DNA from: a virus
DNA: 64,000 bases
Virus record (IMG/VR): IMGVR_UViG_3300034159_000059
Reading direction: 5' to 3' (one strand)
Of this stretch, positions 54,014 to 63,245 are shown one piece after another. How positions within the stretch are numbered: the first letter of the stretch is position 1; each line of letters opens with the position of its first letter. The notes under the pieces were generated by a model, which had not been told where the DNA came from, did not search any database, and was given only the letters and a program-made list of their open reading frames with translations. The position numbers were made by a program, and so were the translations under genes.

Positions 54014-54354
54014 CCAGCCTTCTTCGCCTTCTGCTCTACGAGGCCGCTCTTCTCCGCCCAGTCCCGGAGCTCCTTCGGACTTCTTTCGAAGGCGACGTTG
54101 ACGCCCCCGTACTTGGCGTAGGCTCGAACCCCCACCTTGTTCGAGACCTCGATGCCGTACTCTGGCCCCTCGTTGGTTGGCGCAGGGAGGACGCGCACGT
54201 TCGAGTAGTTGCCGCGAATCGGCGTCACAGGTCCGTTCCCTTCCGACACCTCTAGGTCGATGCAGGCCTCGCAGATGATGGTCTTGGTCCTATGAGCGAC
54301 TAGCATGTCGCCTGGATCGAATCCGCTCTTCTTACATCTCTCACAAGCAGCCAT
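54010..54354 (-). CDS. zinc-ribbon hypothetical protein
   Basis: CERCKK...CEAC. Confidence 0.45.
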   Translation of the reverse strand: MAACERCKKSGFDPGDMLVAHRTKTIICEACIDLEVSEGNGPVTPIRGNYSNVRVLPAPTNEGPEYGIEVSNKVGVRAYAKYGGVNVAFERSPKELRDWAEKSGLVEQKAKKAG

Positions 54355-54369
54355 ATCCTTCCCCTTTCT

Positions 54370-54843
54370 CTACGTCTTCGTACTCACTTGAATAGCCGCC
54401 ACCTGGTCACCCGTGTAGAGCTCGGAGACCTCCAGGATAGTCTCCATCCGCATCGTGTCATTCTCCGTCCGGCGCATCTGATACCCCGGAACGAACCACT
54501 CCTTCTTCACGTCTTGGTGCCGGAAGTAAAATCGCCCCATCCGATCGATGATGCAAACAACGTGACGAGCCACTTCCCTGCCATGGCTGAAGATGTGGAC
54601 CTCCGTCGGCCAGCGGAGCTGGTTCAAATCGAGCATCGTCTCACGAAGACGGCGCTCCTTGTCGATGGCTTCTCCCAGCTCCTCACCAAACTTCATGAGC
54701 TGGTCTCTGGTGGCCTCCTTCAGCGTGGCCTTCTTGGCGATCTCGGAAGCTCCATCCGGCAAGGTTCCAAGCTTCTCCAGCATGAGAATGACGGTCTCAT
54801 CCACCAAGCCAGACTCCAAGATCTTCTGCGTGGTCTCCTTCAT
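54370..54843 (-). CDS. hypothetical protein
   Basis: 157-aa ORF. Confidence 0.45.
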   Translation of the reverse strand: MKETTQKILESGLVDETVILMLEKLGTLPDGASEIAKKATLKEATRDQLMKFGEELGEAIDKERRLRETMLDLNQLRWPTEVHIFSHGREVARHVVCIIDRMGRFYFRHQDVKKEWFVPGYQMRRTENDTMRMETILEVSELYTGDQVAAIQVSTKT

Positions 54844-54859
54844 GATCTTCCTTTCATTG

Positions 54860-55438
54860 CTAGTCCGGTAGGTCGACCGGGACTCGAAGTCCTGTGAGCG
54901 TCTCTGGGTTCTCGTCGTGCGCGATGCCTACCAAGATGATGGCGTCTTCGGGGACGTCAAGGTGATCGGCCGTCGAAACCCCGTAGATGTTGTGCAGGTT
55001 CAAAGGGTAGGACGCAGAGAGACTGAGCCAACTGCGTAGCTGATTCTCGTTGTGGTAGAAGATCCTCAAGGGCTTCAGCTTCTTCCGGAAGAGCTCGTCG
55101 AACGCGAAGAACAGTGCTCGGTACCCGTCAGGCAAAGAGCCATCAGGCAGTCTCTGGATCGTGAGCTCTTGGAGACGCTCTCCATTCCTCATCTGGCCCC
55201 ATAGGTCGTCGGAAGGGATGTACTCCTTTGGCGGCTCGGCCATCGAGCGGTTTACGAGCTGAGAGACCTGGATCGGGTGCCCCACCTCGACGACCATCTT
55301 CTGAACGCCGTTCCCGTTCAGAATGGTCTCTATCGCCGCCACCAGCTCCTGGCGCGTAGGAGGAAGAGGGACCTCGTAGCGAGACAGCACGAGGTCCGGA
55401 AGTGCAGACTCACCGAGCGATGGAGGCAGCCTTGACAT
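54860..55438 (-). CDS. hypothetical protein
   Basis: 192-aa ORF. Confidence 0.5.
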   Translation of the reverse strand: MSRLPPSLGESALPDLVLSRYEVPLPPTRQELVAAIETILNGNGVQKMVVEVGHPIQVSQLVNRSMAEPPKEYIPSDDLWGQMRNGERLQELTIQRLPDGSLPDGYRALFFAFDELFRKKLKPLRIFYHNENQLRSWLSLSASYPLNLHNIYGVSTADHLDVPEDAIILVGIAHDENPETLTGLRVPVDLPD

Positions 55439-55616
55439 GTTTCACCGTCCTGGGTCGCCTCACCATCTCGACGCTTGTTTGAAGCTTCACGAGTCCGAGC
55501 TCCACCACCTTGGTGAAGGTGATTTCCGAGTAGCCAGCGTAGGACATCGCCCAACGCACAAGAGCCTCGGGGAGACGGACGTTGACGCGGGTTCTCTTCT
55601 TGATCGTCTTGGGCAT
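55410..55616 (-). CDS. ribbon-helix-helix-like small DNA-binding protein
   Basis: MPKTIKKRTRVNVRLPEALVRWAMSYAG typical RHH N-terminus. Confidence 0.4.
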   Translation of the reverse strand: MPKTIKKRTRVNVRLPEALVRWAMSYAGYSEITFTKVVELGLVKLQTSVEMVRRPRTVKHVKAASIAR

Positions 55617-56179
55617 CACGCGGCCTGAGATCCGTAGGCGCCTTTGGGCCAAGCAGCCCTCTGAGCCCACCCACCGTCGAGGAACTTCTTCAGCTTGGGG
55701 TTTCGCTGAACCGATGCCCGGTACCTGGCCAGCATGAGCCCACAGAAGGCATCGACATACTTCACTGGGTCGAGCTGGTTGATGGCCCAGGCAGTCTTGG
55801 GACCGAAGTGCCCATCCACGAGCAGGTTCGCTCCGAGGAAGTTGGCTGAGAGCTGCGCGAGAGCTGGTGCCCCCTCATGCCCTGGCCGGTTGTCCGACCC
55901 TTCTCCGAACTGAACCGCGGCATCGAAGATCTTGCAGGCGACGGTGTCGTCCGTAATGCGATCCATTCCGAAGGGGTTCCAGAGGTACGTGCGGTACCTC
56001 TTGATGGCCTGGTCCTTCGTCATGGTCCGGATGGTCTCCGGAGTCACTCCCTTCTCGAAGTCCGAGAGCCATGGGATGGTGATTCCAAAGTTGGTTATGC
56101 CACCTGGATCGTCTTTGTCGTCGGCCAGACCGCCTTCGTGTGCCAAGACAACCAGGATCGCTTTCTGAAAGTCTGCCAT
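55616..56179 (-). CDS. GH108-family lysozyme with peptidoglycan-binding domain (endolysin candidate)
   Basis: ILVVLAHEGGLADDKDDPGGITNFGIT matches Glyco_hydro_108 EGGyvndpxDpGGxTxxGIT; C-terminal PG_binding_3-like region. Confidence 0.75.
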   Translation of the reverse strand: MADFQKAILVVLAHEGGLADDKDDPGGITNFGITIPWLSDFEKGVTPETIRTMTKDQAIKRYRTYLWNPFGMDRITDDTVACKIFDAAVQFGEGSDNRPGHEGAPALAQLSANFLGANLLVDGHFGPKTAWAINQLDPVKYVDAFCGLMLARYRASVQRNPKLKKFLDGGWAQRAAWPKGAYGSQAA

Positions 56180-56188
56180 GTTCTCCTC

Positions 56189-56338
56189 CTAGTGCCCCCA
56201 AGCGGCGCGCACGATCTTCACGGCGCCGTAAAGGATCCCACCTGATGCGGCTAGACCAGCAAGGAGGAATATGCTGATGTGCCACATCTTGAGCTGGAAC
56301 GGCTGCTTGTACGGATCGGTCGACTTGAATGAGATCAC
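56189..56338 (-). CDS. small single-TM protein (holin-like candidate)
   Basis: 49 aa, GTG start 5 nt after GAGGAGGG; TM segment WHISIFLLAGLAASGGILYGAV; immediately upstream of lysozyme gene. Confidence 0.4.
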   Translation of the reverse strand: MISFKSTDPYKQPFQLKMWHISIFLLAGLAASGGILYGAVKIVRAAWGH

Positions 56339-56778
56339 AGGGTTCCCTCCTCTGGCTCTTCTTCCTCTTCCCCACCCTCTACCAACTGCCGATCTGCTTC
56401 ACCAGGCTGAGGACCTGGGACGAGGCTCTGGTCTTCCAGCATCTGCTGCGTCTGGGCCAACACGAGCCCCCAGTCTCCATCGTAGGTGACCCCTTTGTTG
56501 TCGATGAAGATGTCGGCCTTCGGCTTCGTGGTGCCGGTCCAGACCTCCATGGGCGGAAAACCTATGACCTGAAGCATCTCTTCGATCTCCTCCTTCATCT
56601 TCTGCTTCTCAGACGCTGGCATAGGGGCAAATCGAGAGGTGTAGACGGTAAGACGGTGTCCTTCGCTGGTGAGGGTCTGTATCGCCTCGATGGCGCCGTC
56701 AGAGGGGAGGGAGTACTCCCCGGACATAGGGTCTTTTACAACTAGGGTGTCGTCGAGATCGACACAGATCCAGGCCAT
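56335..56778 (-). CDS. HAD-superfamily hydrolase
   Basis: motif I WICVDLDDTLV (DxDxT), IFIDNKG motif. Confidence 0.5.
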   Translation of the reverse strand: MAWICVDLDDTLVVKDPMSGEYSLPSDGAIEAIQTLTSEGHRLTVYTSRFAPMPASEKQKMKEEIEEMLQVIGFPPMEVWTGTTKPKADIFIDNKGVTYDGDWGLVLAQTQQMLEDQSLVPGPQPGEADRQLVEGGEEEEEPEEGTL

Positions 56779-57191
56779 GTATGTTTCCTCAGTCCTTGAC
56801 GCAGAGCGTAGCGTCGCCGTTCTCATTCTTAGTGACGTAGACCTTCTGCTTGTCGTCGAGGCAGAGGCAGAGGAGCTTGCCGTCGAGCCACTGCAACCCT
56901 ACGATCTTCCGACCGACCAGGACCTCAAGCCAGAAATCATGGTTCGGGCTGTTGGGGATCCAAGGAGCCTTGTACCCCTTCTTGCTTGGAAGAATGCGAG
57001 AGGGTTTGGGGTTGCTTTTCTTTGCCATGGCTACGCTCCCACGGAGAACCAGTCTCCGTTGCTGTCCATCAGAATGCGACGGCGGCAGTGCCGACAATTG
57101 CTCCCGAAGGAGACACTGTCGAAGGAGGGTCTTGTGTCGTCTGGCGAATGCCAGTCCAACACGTTGCACAGGAATCTACGCCACCGACTCA

Positions 57192-57413
57192 TCACTGCCC
57201 CTTGCACGCGATTGAGGCATTGGCGGTCATCACGCACTCGCGCAGCTTGCGGAGAGCCGCAGTCTGGTCGGCGGAGGGAGGAGTGTTGTTGACGATGACG
57301 ATAGCTAGGTTCTTCGCCGACTCGCGAATGGCCTTGTAGGCGACTTGCTGTTGCTCGTCGGGGGAGTGGTAGGTGAACCAGTTCTCGATCTCTTCGATTC
57401 CGATGGTAGACAT
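57192..57413 (-). CDS. hypothetical protein
   Basis: 73 aa, AAGGAGAAGACA SD. Confidence 0.4.
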   Translation of the reverse strand: MSTIGIEEIENWFTYHSPDEQQQVAYKAIRESAKNLAIVIVNNTPPSADQTAALRKLRECVMTANASIACKGQ

Positions 57414-57427
57414 TGTCTTCTCCTTGG

Positions 57428-57883
57428 CTACAGCCATTTGAGAGCTGCTGCGTTCAGAAGCACATGGATGACGTTGTCGGCGATGATGAGCAGCCAGGTC
57501 GTCATCCAAACCGGACGCTCCGGAGGGTAGCCTCCTGTATCCTTGCACTCGCTCCAAGACCTCCACCACAGCGTGGAAGGCTGGCTAGGTCTGTGTGTGA
57601 TCGGATCGAGGTCTCCGACAGACCTCTTCGGAGCGAGGAAGTTCTTCACCCAGACCACGTACCTTGCGAGGCGGAAGTGGTCGATGACGGCATGGGAGCT
57701 GCTGATGAACAGAAGAGCCGGCACCGATGAGGTAAGGAAGAAGAACGGGATGAGGTAGAAGAGCGCATGAACGATCGCGACCAGGAAGGTCTTGGTCTTC
57801 TTCAGGGCCATCCAGTCGCTCTGGAGGAGGTAGTCCCCCAGAGCGTGAGCGATGAGCTGATCGGCGGAGACGAACAAGATCAC
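57428..57883 (-). CDS. integral membrane protein (DUF3307-like)
   Basis: several hydrophobic helices; N-terminus ADQLIAHALGDYLLQSDWMA. Confidence 0.5.
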   Translation of the reverse strand: MILFVSADQLIAHALGDYLLQSDWMALKKTKTFLVAIVHALFYLIPFFFLTSSVPALLFISSSHAVIDHFRLARYVVWVKNFLAPKRSVGDLDPITHRPSQPSTLWWRSWSECKDTGGYPPERPVWMTTWLLIIADNVIHVLLNAAALKWL

Positions 57884-58239
57884 CTCACATGGTAGCGGAG
57901 CTTGAAGATCAGGATGCGCTCACCAGTGTCTTCGAAGTTGACCAGGTCCTTCGTGCCGTCATCGTTCTTGGCGTACTTCTTCTCGTGCTTCTCCTCGACG
58001 GACAAGGAGTAGGCCTGGACCTTCACCTCGTCAGGGTCGATGGTGGTGACGGCATCGTACATCTTGCCGTCTTCGCCTTTGTACTGGAGGAAGATCTTGG
58101 CGCCGACGACCTTGTTCGGAGTCGCAGGCACTTCCTTCTTCGGGACCACCGTCTTCGGCATGACTGCCTGCGGAGGAGTTCCGTTTCCACCAGGAATCGG
58201 GGCAGGGGCAAAGGGCGTCGCGGCGGTAGGCATGTTCAA
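57880..58239 (-). CDS. hypothetical protein (Pro/Ala-rich N-terminus)
   Basis: 119-aa ORF. Confidence 0.45.
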   Translation of the reverse strand: MNMPTAATPFAPAPIPGGNGTPPQAVMPKTVVPKKEVPATPNKVVGAKIFLQYKGEDGKMYDAVTTIDPDEVKVQAYSLSVEEKHEKKYAKNDDGTKDLVNFEDTGERILIFKLRYHVR

Positions 58240-58520
58240 TCCTTCCTTTCGATCGGCTTGATCTCGTCAGACGAGAAAGAGCCGAACTTTTTGAGTTCCA
58301 GAGTGGTCACTGTTTCGTAATCCCCGTCGGTCACAAAAATCTCCACAGGGCTTCCCGGCTTCTCGTAGACAGGCTTCAAGGGACGGTTGACGGAGATACG
58401 AAAGACGTCCTTCCCCGGAATGATGACCTCGTCCACCAGCTTCTTTTCAACATCACCCGCCGGTCCAGTCGTGGTGATGATGATCTTGACGCGAGAGATC
58501 CTCTCCTTCCCCTCGCTCAT
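58236..58520 (-). CDS. hypothetical protein
   Basis: 94-aa ORF. Confidence 0.45.
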   Translation of the reverse strand: MSEGKERISRVKIIITTTGPAGDVEKKLVDEVIIPGKDVFRISVNRPLKPVYEKPGSPVEIFVTDGDYETVTTLELKKFGSFSSDEIKPIERKD

Positions 58521-58936
58521 GACTTCATCACCACCTTCCCAGTCTCCTTGTCGATACTCTCCACAGCATGCTGGGACGGACGGCTGTAGACGCCGACTTC
58601 GAGACCCGGCGGAATGACCGCCATGATGTCGTCGACGCTCATGAGGAAGTACTCCTTCTTCTTACCGCTCTCCCATACCTCCTCCGTCGGGATGGGGTTG
58701 GCGTGCTTCAGGTAGGAGCGGATGCAGATTCGGTCTCCCTCCTTCAGACCCAGTGCTTGGATCTTCTCCCCCGAGCCGCAACGAAGGACGATCGCCGAGC
58801 CCTCAGTAACGATCTCCGCCCCGGTCTCGTTCGGTGCGAGGAAGAGGCCGGAGTCGAGCTGAACCTTCCGCTCGTCCATGAGGACTGAGACCCAGTTGCG
58901 CTGCGGACGAATCGTGTGAGGGTCGTAGAAGGACAT
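58517..58936 (-). CDS. GroES-like co-chaperonin (Cpn10 family)
   Basis: IRPQRNWVSVLMDE...GDRICIRSY...EYFLMSVDDIMAVI mirrors Cpn10 IRPLxDRVLV...GDxVLF...DILAVIE. Confidence 0.55.
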   Translation of the reverse strand: MSFYDPHTIRPQRNWVSVLMDERKVQLDSGLFLAPNETGAEIVTEGSAIVLRCGSGEKIQALGLKEGDRICIRSYLKHANPIPTEEVWESGKKKEYFLMSVDDIMAVIPPGLEVGVYSRPSQHAVESIDKETGKVVMKS

Positions 58937-59226
58937 CAGATCTCCTCCACCGGGATGGAACCGTTCTTGGGAGGATCGGGAACGACTGTTCTCCCAGTCT
59001 TCTTCAGGATGGCGTCACGCAGCCAGTTGGTGGCGAAGCCGACAGGGGTGCGCTCCGAAGCGCCCAGGATGGTTCGGCTGTCTAGCAGCATGACTTGCGA
59101 CTCACCTACCAGGACCGGTTGCGTGACCTCAACCCCTCCCTGGTCGACGTAGGTCACCAGCTTGATCTCGGCGTCTCGGACGCTCAGAAGGGTCCTCGGC
59201 AGCGCCTTCGGCGTATCGTTCTTCAT
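58936..59226 (-). CDS. hypothetical protein
   Basis: 96-aa ORF. Confidence 0.4.
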   Translation of the reverse strand: MKNDTPKALPRTLLSVRDAEIKLVTYVDQGGVEVTQPVLVGESQVMLLDSRTILGASERTPVGFATNWLRDAILKKTGRTVVPDPPKNGSIPVEEI

Positions 59227-59473
59227 AGAACTTCGGTCCTTCGACAGGAGAGAGGGGAATCATCGATGCGACCTTCCCTGTCTTGCAGGCACATCGACGC
59301 ACGACAACTTGATGGATGACGTCGACTTGATAGTCGATCAGGGAACTACATCCCGGACACACCGAGCCAGAGAAGTGCATGGGGGCCGGCATCGGCACTC
59401 TCGTGTGGCGCATGATGGCATCGAGCTTGTGCTCGATACGTGCCAGTGCCTCCATGACAAGACTGAAGGCCAT

Positions 59474-59752
59474 TTATGCCTCCGCCACCGACTCGTAGGT
59501 GGCGGCGAAGATGTCGGGCTTGCAGGGGTAGAACTCACCCTTTACTCCCTTGATGATCCAGTCGCCCGGGAGCGCCAGGTGATTGCCCTCCAGCGTCGGG
59601 ACGATGATGGAGCACTTCCCGTCCGCGGCGGGCGCGGACTCGCACAACTGTTCGTGCTCGTCCAACCAAGAGAAAATCTCGTCTCGGCTGCGCTCGCTAC
59701 CGTCGAACTGCACCGCTTCGATCACGACTGGCTTCTTGCGGAACTTCGGCAT
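59474..59752 (-). CDS. hypothetical protein
   Basis: 92-aa ORF. Confidence 0.45.
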   Translation of the reverse strand: MPKFRKKPVVIEAVQFDGSERSRDEIFSWLDEHEQLCESAPAADGKCSIIVPTLEGNHLALPGDWIIKGVKGEFYPCKPDIFAATYESVAEA

Positions 59753-59952
59753 CTAGATCTCCTTCTCTGACAGGGACGAGACCAGAGCGGCCGGACCGTC
59801 TGCTACGATCTCGATGGAGCGCCAATTCTCTGCGATCTCTCTGGTTCCATCTCTGTACGGTTTCTCGATCTGGTAAATGCACCACTCGTTGGTCATGGCG
59901 ATGACCTTCCCGGAATCAACCTCACCACGGACCCGCATACCGATTTCGACTT

Positions 59953-60396
59953 TCATGCCTTCTCCTTGGTGATCTTCAACACCTGGGCACCACGAAGTCC
60001 GGCGGAGAGATGGAGTACGGAACCATTCTCGAAGTGGACCTCGTGCAAGTAGATGCGATTACCGTCTTGTTCCAAGGAAACACTCTTCACGGGAGTCGAC
60101 TTGAAAAGCGCTTCGACGAACTCGTAGGACTTGGGAATCTCGTCCGGAAGACCGGCTCCCTTCACCGCCTTGAAGAGCTCCCGCACCGAGATAGGGAGTG
60201 GGGGTCGAAGGCGTGGGTCTTGGGCTAGAGCACTGATGCTCACGCTACTGACGATGTTGATTCGACCACCACAGAGTCTAGGACAAGTCGCCGTGAGGTC
60301 TTCCCTCATCAACTCCTTCAAGAGATGAGTGTCTTCCGGCTCGGACCGGATCTCGTACACCTGGTAGCAGGTGTTGCAGAGGGAGTTGACGATCAT
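59953..60396 (-). CDS. hypothetical protein
   Basis: 147-aa ORF. Confidence 0.45.
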   Translation of the reverse strand: MIVNSLCNTCYQVYEIRSEPEDTHLLKELMREDLTATCPRLCGGRINIVSSVSISALAQDPRLRPPLPISVRELFKAVKGAGLPDEIPKSYEFVEALFKSTPVKSVSLEQDGNRIYLHEVHFENGSVLHLSAGLRGAQVLKITKEKA

Positions 60397-60722
60397 ACGG
60401 AGGGGACATCTTCTTCTGAAACGGGGACGGTACGGCTTGGCTGTTGGACGGGTCTCCGAGTTGGGGGTGTCACTGGTGTCGGAGCCAACTCCTCTTCTTC
60501 CGGCTCTTCGTCCCCTTCTTCGTACCTCGAAGATGGAGGCTCCTCTGGTGTGAGAGGCCCCTCTGCCAAGGTGATCTCCGTCAGCCTCGTTACCGTCTCC
60601 ATCGGAACAGGAAGACGGTAGATGTCGTGCGTTCTCTCGTCCTCGAAGACGAGGTAGTTCTCTGCCGCTTCCAGGTGCCGAAGGTCTATGTCTTGAGAGA
60701 AGCCACGGAGAACGAGTTTCAT
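60393..60722 (-). CDS. acidic hypothetical protein
   Basis: 109-aa ORF. Confidence 0.4.
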   Translation of the reverse strand: MKLVLRGFSQDIDLRHLEAAENYLVFEDERTHDIYRLPVPMETVTRLTEITLAEGPLTPEEPPSSRYEEGDEEPEEEELAPTPVTPPTRRPVQQPSRTVPVSEEDVPSV

Positions 60723-60723
60723 G

Positions 60724-61194
60724 TCAGCCTCTTTTCGTGTTCCGGGCGGAGAGCTTCTTCAGGAAGTCGTCCGGCATGGACATTGTCTTGGCGCGCTGAA
60801 CGAAAGGGTTTGCCGATGGCGCGTTGAAAACGAGAACGCCCTTCTCGGTCTCCTTCTTGATCAGCTCCTGCATCTCTTGATCCTTGGTCTTCTTTTCCTT
60901 CGCCATGTACGGCAGGACTGCTTCGACGAACTGCGAGAAGACCTTGGGAGTCGCAACCTCTGTTCCCTCTCTGCGAAGATCGACGACCGCTTGCGCCAGC
61001 ATGCGCGCCATGAGGATCTTCTCCTCGCTCCGCCTGAGCTGGACGGTGAGGAACAACGCTTCTTTGAGAGACCCCACCGAAGGCAGAGGACTCCTGTCGA
61101 AGAGGAGGTTCGCTCTGGCCCAGCCTTCGGGAGTCTCTAGCCATTTTTTAGGTCGTCCGGGTTGATGAGCTTGCGAACCCGGATGTCGAACCAC
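60724..61194 (-). CDS. hypothetical protein
   Basis: 156-aa ORF. Confidence 0.45.
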   Translation of the reverse strand: MVRHPGSQAHQPGRPKKWLETPEGWARANLLFDRSPLPSVGSLKEALFLTVQLRRSEEKILMARMLAQAVVDLRREGTEVATPKVFSQFVEAVLPYMAKEKKTKDQEMQELIKKETEKGVLVFNAPSANPFVQRAKTMSMPDDFLKKLSARNTKRG

Positions 61195-62087
61195 ATCAGG
61201 TTCACGCTCAGATCCGCGAGGATGTAGGCCGACTTCTGGGTCACCATCTTGAACTTCGCGTCGAAGAACTCGTCCGTCACTTCGAACGAGCCGTCATGAT
61301 GCTTGCGATGGTCAGGGAAGGAGACTCCGTTGATGCTGAGCAGGGAACAGGTGAGAAGGAGGAGCTGGTACTTCTCCCCCAGATACTGCTCGGTGTTGAT
61401 GGTCTCCTTGGCCATCCTGGACTTCAGGTAGAGGCTTTCCAGAGGACGCAAGGATCGGAAGGTAGGCTCGAACTTCCCAGGGATGATGGGGACCGTCTGC
61501 TGAACCTCGTCCTTCATGAGGAGATCTTCGAAGGCCATCGGTGCACAGCGCTTCTCGATGTCCTCGCGCCGCCTCTTGTTGTCGAGGATGCGGTTGATCT
61601 GGCGCTGGACATCCCCGAAGTCGAAGGACTCGTAGAGCTGCTCCAGACGAGCTTCGTCTTCGATCTTCTTCTCGTTGAGAACTTGCTTCTCGCCTGTCTG
61701 CTGCTGTAGCTCCTGCCCCGCCTTGATGGCCTCGGCGAGCTTCTCCTCAGTCTCTGGACGAAGCACAGGGGAGCCGGGAGGTCTGGGCTGCACGCCCTGC
61801 TGCGTGTCGGGGATGGAGAGTGTTTCCCTGGAGGCCTTCAGGACAGGCATGGGGGGCTTCTTGACCCCGCCGACAGGAGTGGAGGTCTTGAGAGCGGAGA
61901 GAGGATTCCCCGCCTTGGCGGCCCGAATCTGCTCGCGGTAGGCCGCATCCTCTTCCGGACTGATCTCCTTCGTTCCGAGCTCGATCACACCAACCTGCTG
62001 GTCTTCAGACATCTTCGTCTCCTGGGGAAGGGATGAGAGCGCCTTTTCGGAAGTCGGGGGTGGGATCAGGGCGTCGAACAACGACAT
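61137..62087 (-). CDS. hypothetical protein
   Basis: 316-aa ORF. Confidence 0.5.
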   Translation of the reverse strand: MSLFDALIPPPTSEKALSSLPQETKMSEDQQVGVIELGTKEISPEEDAAYREQIRAAKAGNPLSALKTSTPVGGVKKPPMPVLKASRETLSIPDTQQGVQPRPPGSPVLRPETEEKLAEAIKAGQELQQQTGEKQVLNEKKIEDEARLEQLYESFDFGDVQRQINRILDNKRRREDIEKRCAPMAFEDLLMKDEVQQTVPIIPGKFEPTFRSLRPLESLYLKSRMAKETINTEQYLGEKYQLLLLTCSLLSINGVSFPDHRKHHDGSFEVTDEFFDAKFKMVTQKSAYILADLSVNLMWFDIRVRKLINPDDLKNG

Positions 62088-62392
62088 CGACGGGCTGATT
62101 CGGATCTCGGATACCTCGATCCTCTACCACCTGCTTGGAAGGCTTCTCCCATCCGATGACCGGAGCGCTTCGAGGGTCTTGGGGAGGCACGGGGATCCGA
62201 GGGTCCTGGGGCTCCTGGCCGATGCCACCCTGCCACTCGTTTTGGCAGTCTCGGCACTTGAAGACGGCTACCCCGCCCGCCATCTGGCCTCCGAAGCTCA
62301 GCCCGCCACACTTGGGACACCCACGTCGTTTCCGGGGCTCCTTCTCCGGAATGACTAGGGGGTTTCGTCCTGGGTCTCTGGAATCGCTCATG
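62005..62392 (-). CDS. zinc-ribbon hypothetical protein
   Basis: CPKCGG...CRDCQNEW; internal Met chosen. Confidence 0.4.
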
Positions 62393-62432
62393 TACAGACA
62401 CCGTACATACAACTTTAGAGGTCTGACTGCAA

Positions 62433-62630
62433 CTACTGAGGAACGACCTTGATCTTGGCTCCGACAGCCTTGGCGTAGCGCTCGATGGTCAAGATCGAGG
62501 GCTGGCCTTGCCGACCGGTCTCGACGTTGTACACCTGCTGGCGGGTGACTCCCATCCTCCGCGCCACGTCGGACTGGCCCAGCTTCCGTCTATGACGCAG
62601 TCGGATGAGTTGTTGAAGTACCGTAATCAC
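62433..62630 (-). CDS. XRE-family HTH transcriptional regulator (Cro-like)
   Basis: LRHRRKLGQSDVARRMGVTRQQVYNVETGR helix-turn-helix. Confidence 0.6.
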   Translation of the reverse strand: MITVLQQLIRLRHRRKLGQSDVARRMGVTRQQVYNVETGRQGQPSILTIERYAKAVGAKIKVVPQ

Positions 62631-63041
62631 GGCAGGCGCCTGAGACCCCTCTGTACACTGCGGAGAAGATCCTCAACCCGGCTCGAATCTCATCTTCGAG
62701 GATCTTCTTGATCAGCGCCTTACCAGTCCCCTCTTCGAACTGTCGAGACAGGCCGAGCCGCACGAAGAACTCAATACTCTTTCCATCTTCCTCCGGCTGA
62801 GGCTGGACTGAGATGAAAAGAATGCCCGCTTGAGAAGGGAGAGAAGCGAACTTCCCTTCCATCTGTCGTGCCACTTGACTCGAAACCTCTCCCACGTAGC
62901 GCACGGGAAGAAGAAAGCATCATCCTGGGCAGGTGTCAATCAGTACATGTACGAGAGAGGTTGAAACAACTATCACACTGGGAGCGTTATAAGAAGAAGA
63001 GCCCGAAGACGAGCTCTCAACCCAAACCAGCAGGAGACTAC

Positions 63042-63245
63042 ATGAATCTACTGACCACGTTCGCGAGCAACCTCCGAGAGCAGCGCGCCAAGAAGAACCT
63101 GTCCCAGGTCGCGCTCGCCAAGAAGGCGGGGCTCTCGGTTTCGTACATCTCGATGCTGGAGAGGGAGCAGCGTTCCCCTCCGCTGGACACCCTGGAAGCG
63201 ATCGGAAGGGCTCTGTCGCTTCCTGCGGTGGATCTCCTCAGCTAG
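63042..63245 (+). CDS. XRE-family HTH transcriptional regulator (cI-like), divergent from Cro-like gene
   Basis: LREQRAKKNLSQVALAKKAGLSVSYISMLEREQRSP helix-turn-helix. Confidence 0.6.
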   Translation: MNLLTTFASNLREQRAKKNLSQVALAKKAGLSVSYISMLEREQRSPPLDTLEAIGRALSLPAVDLLS

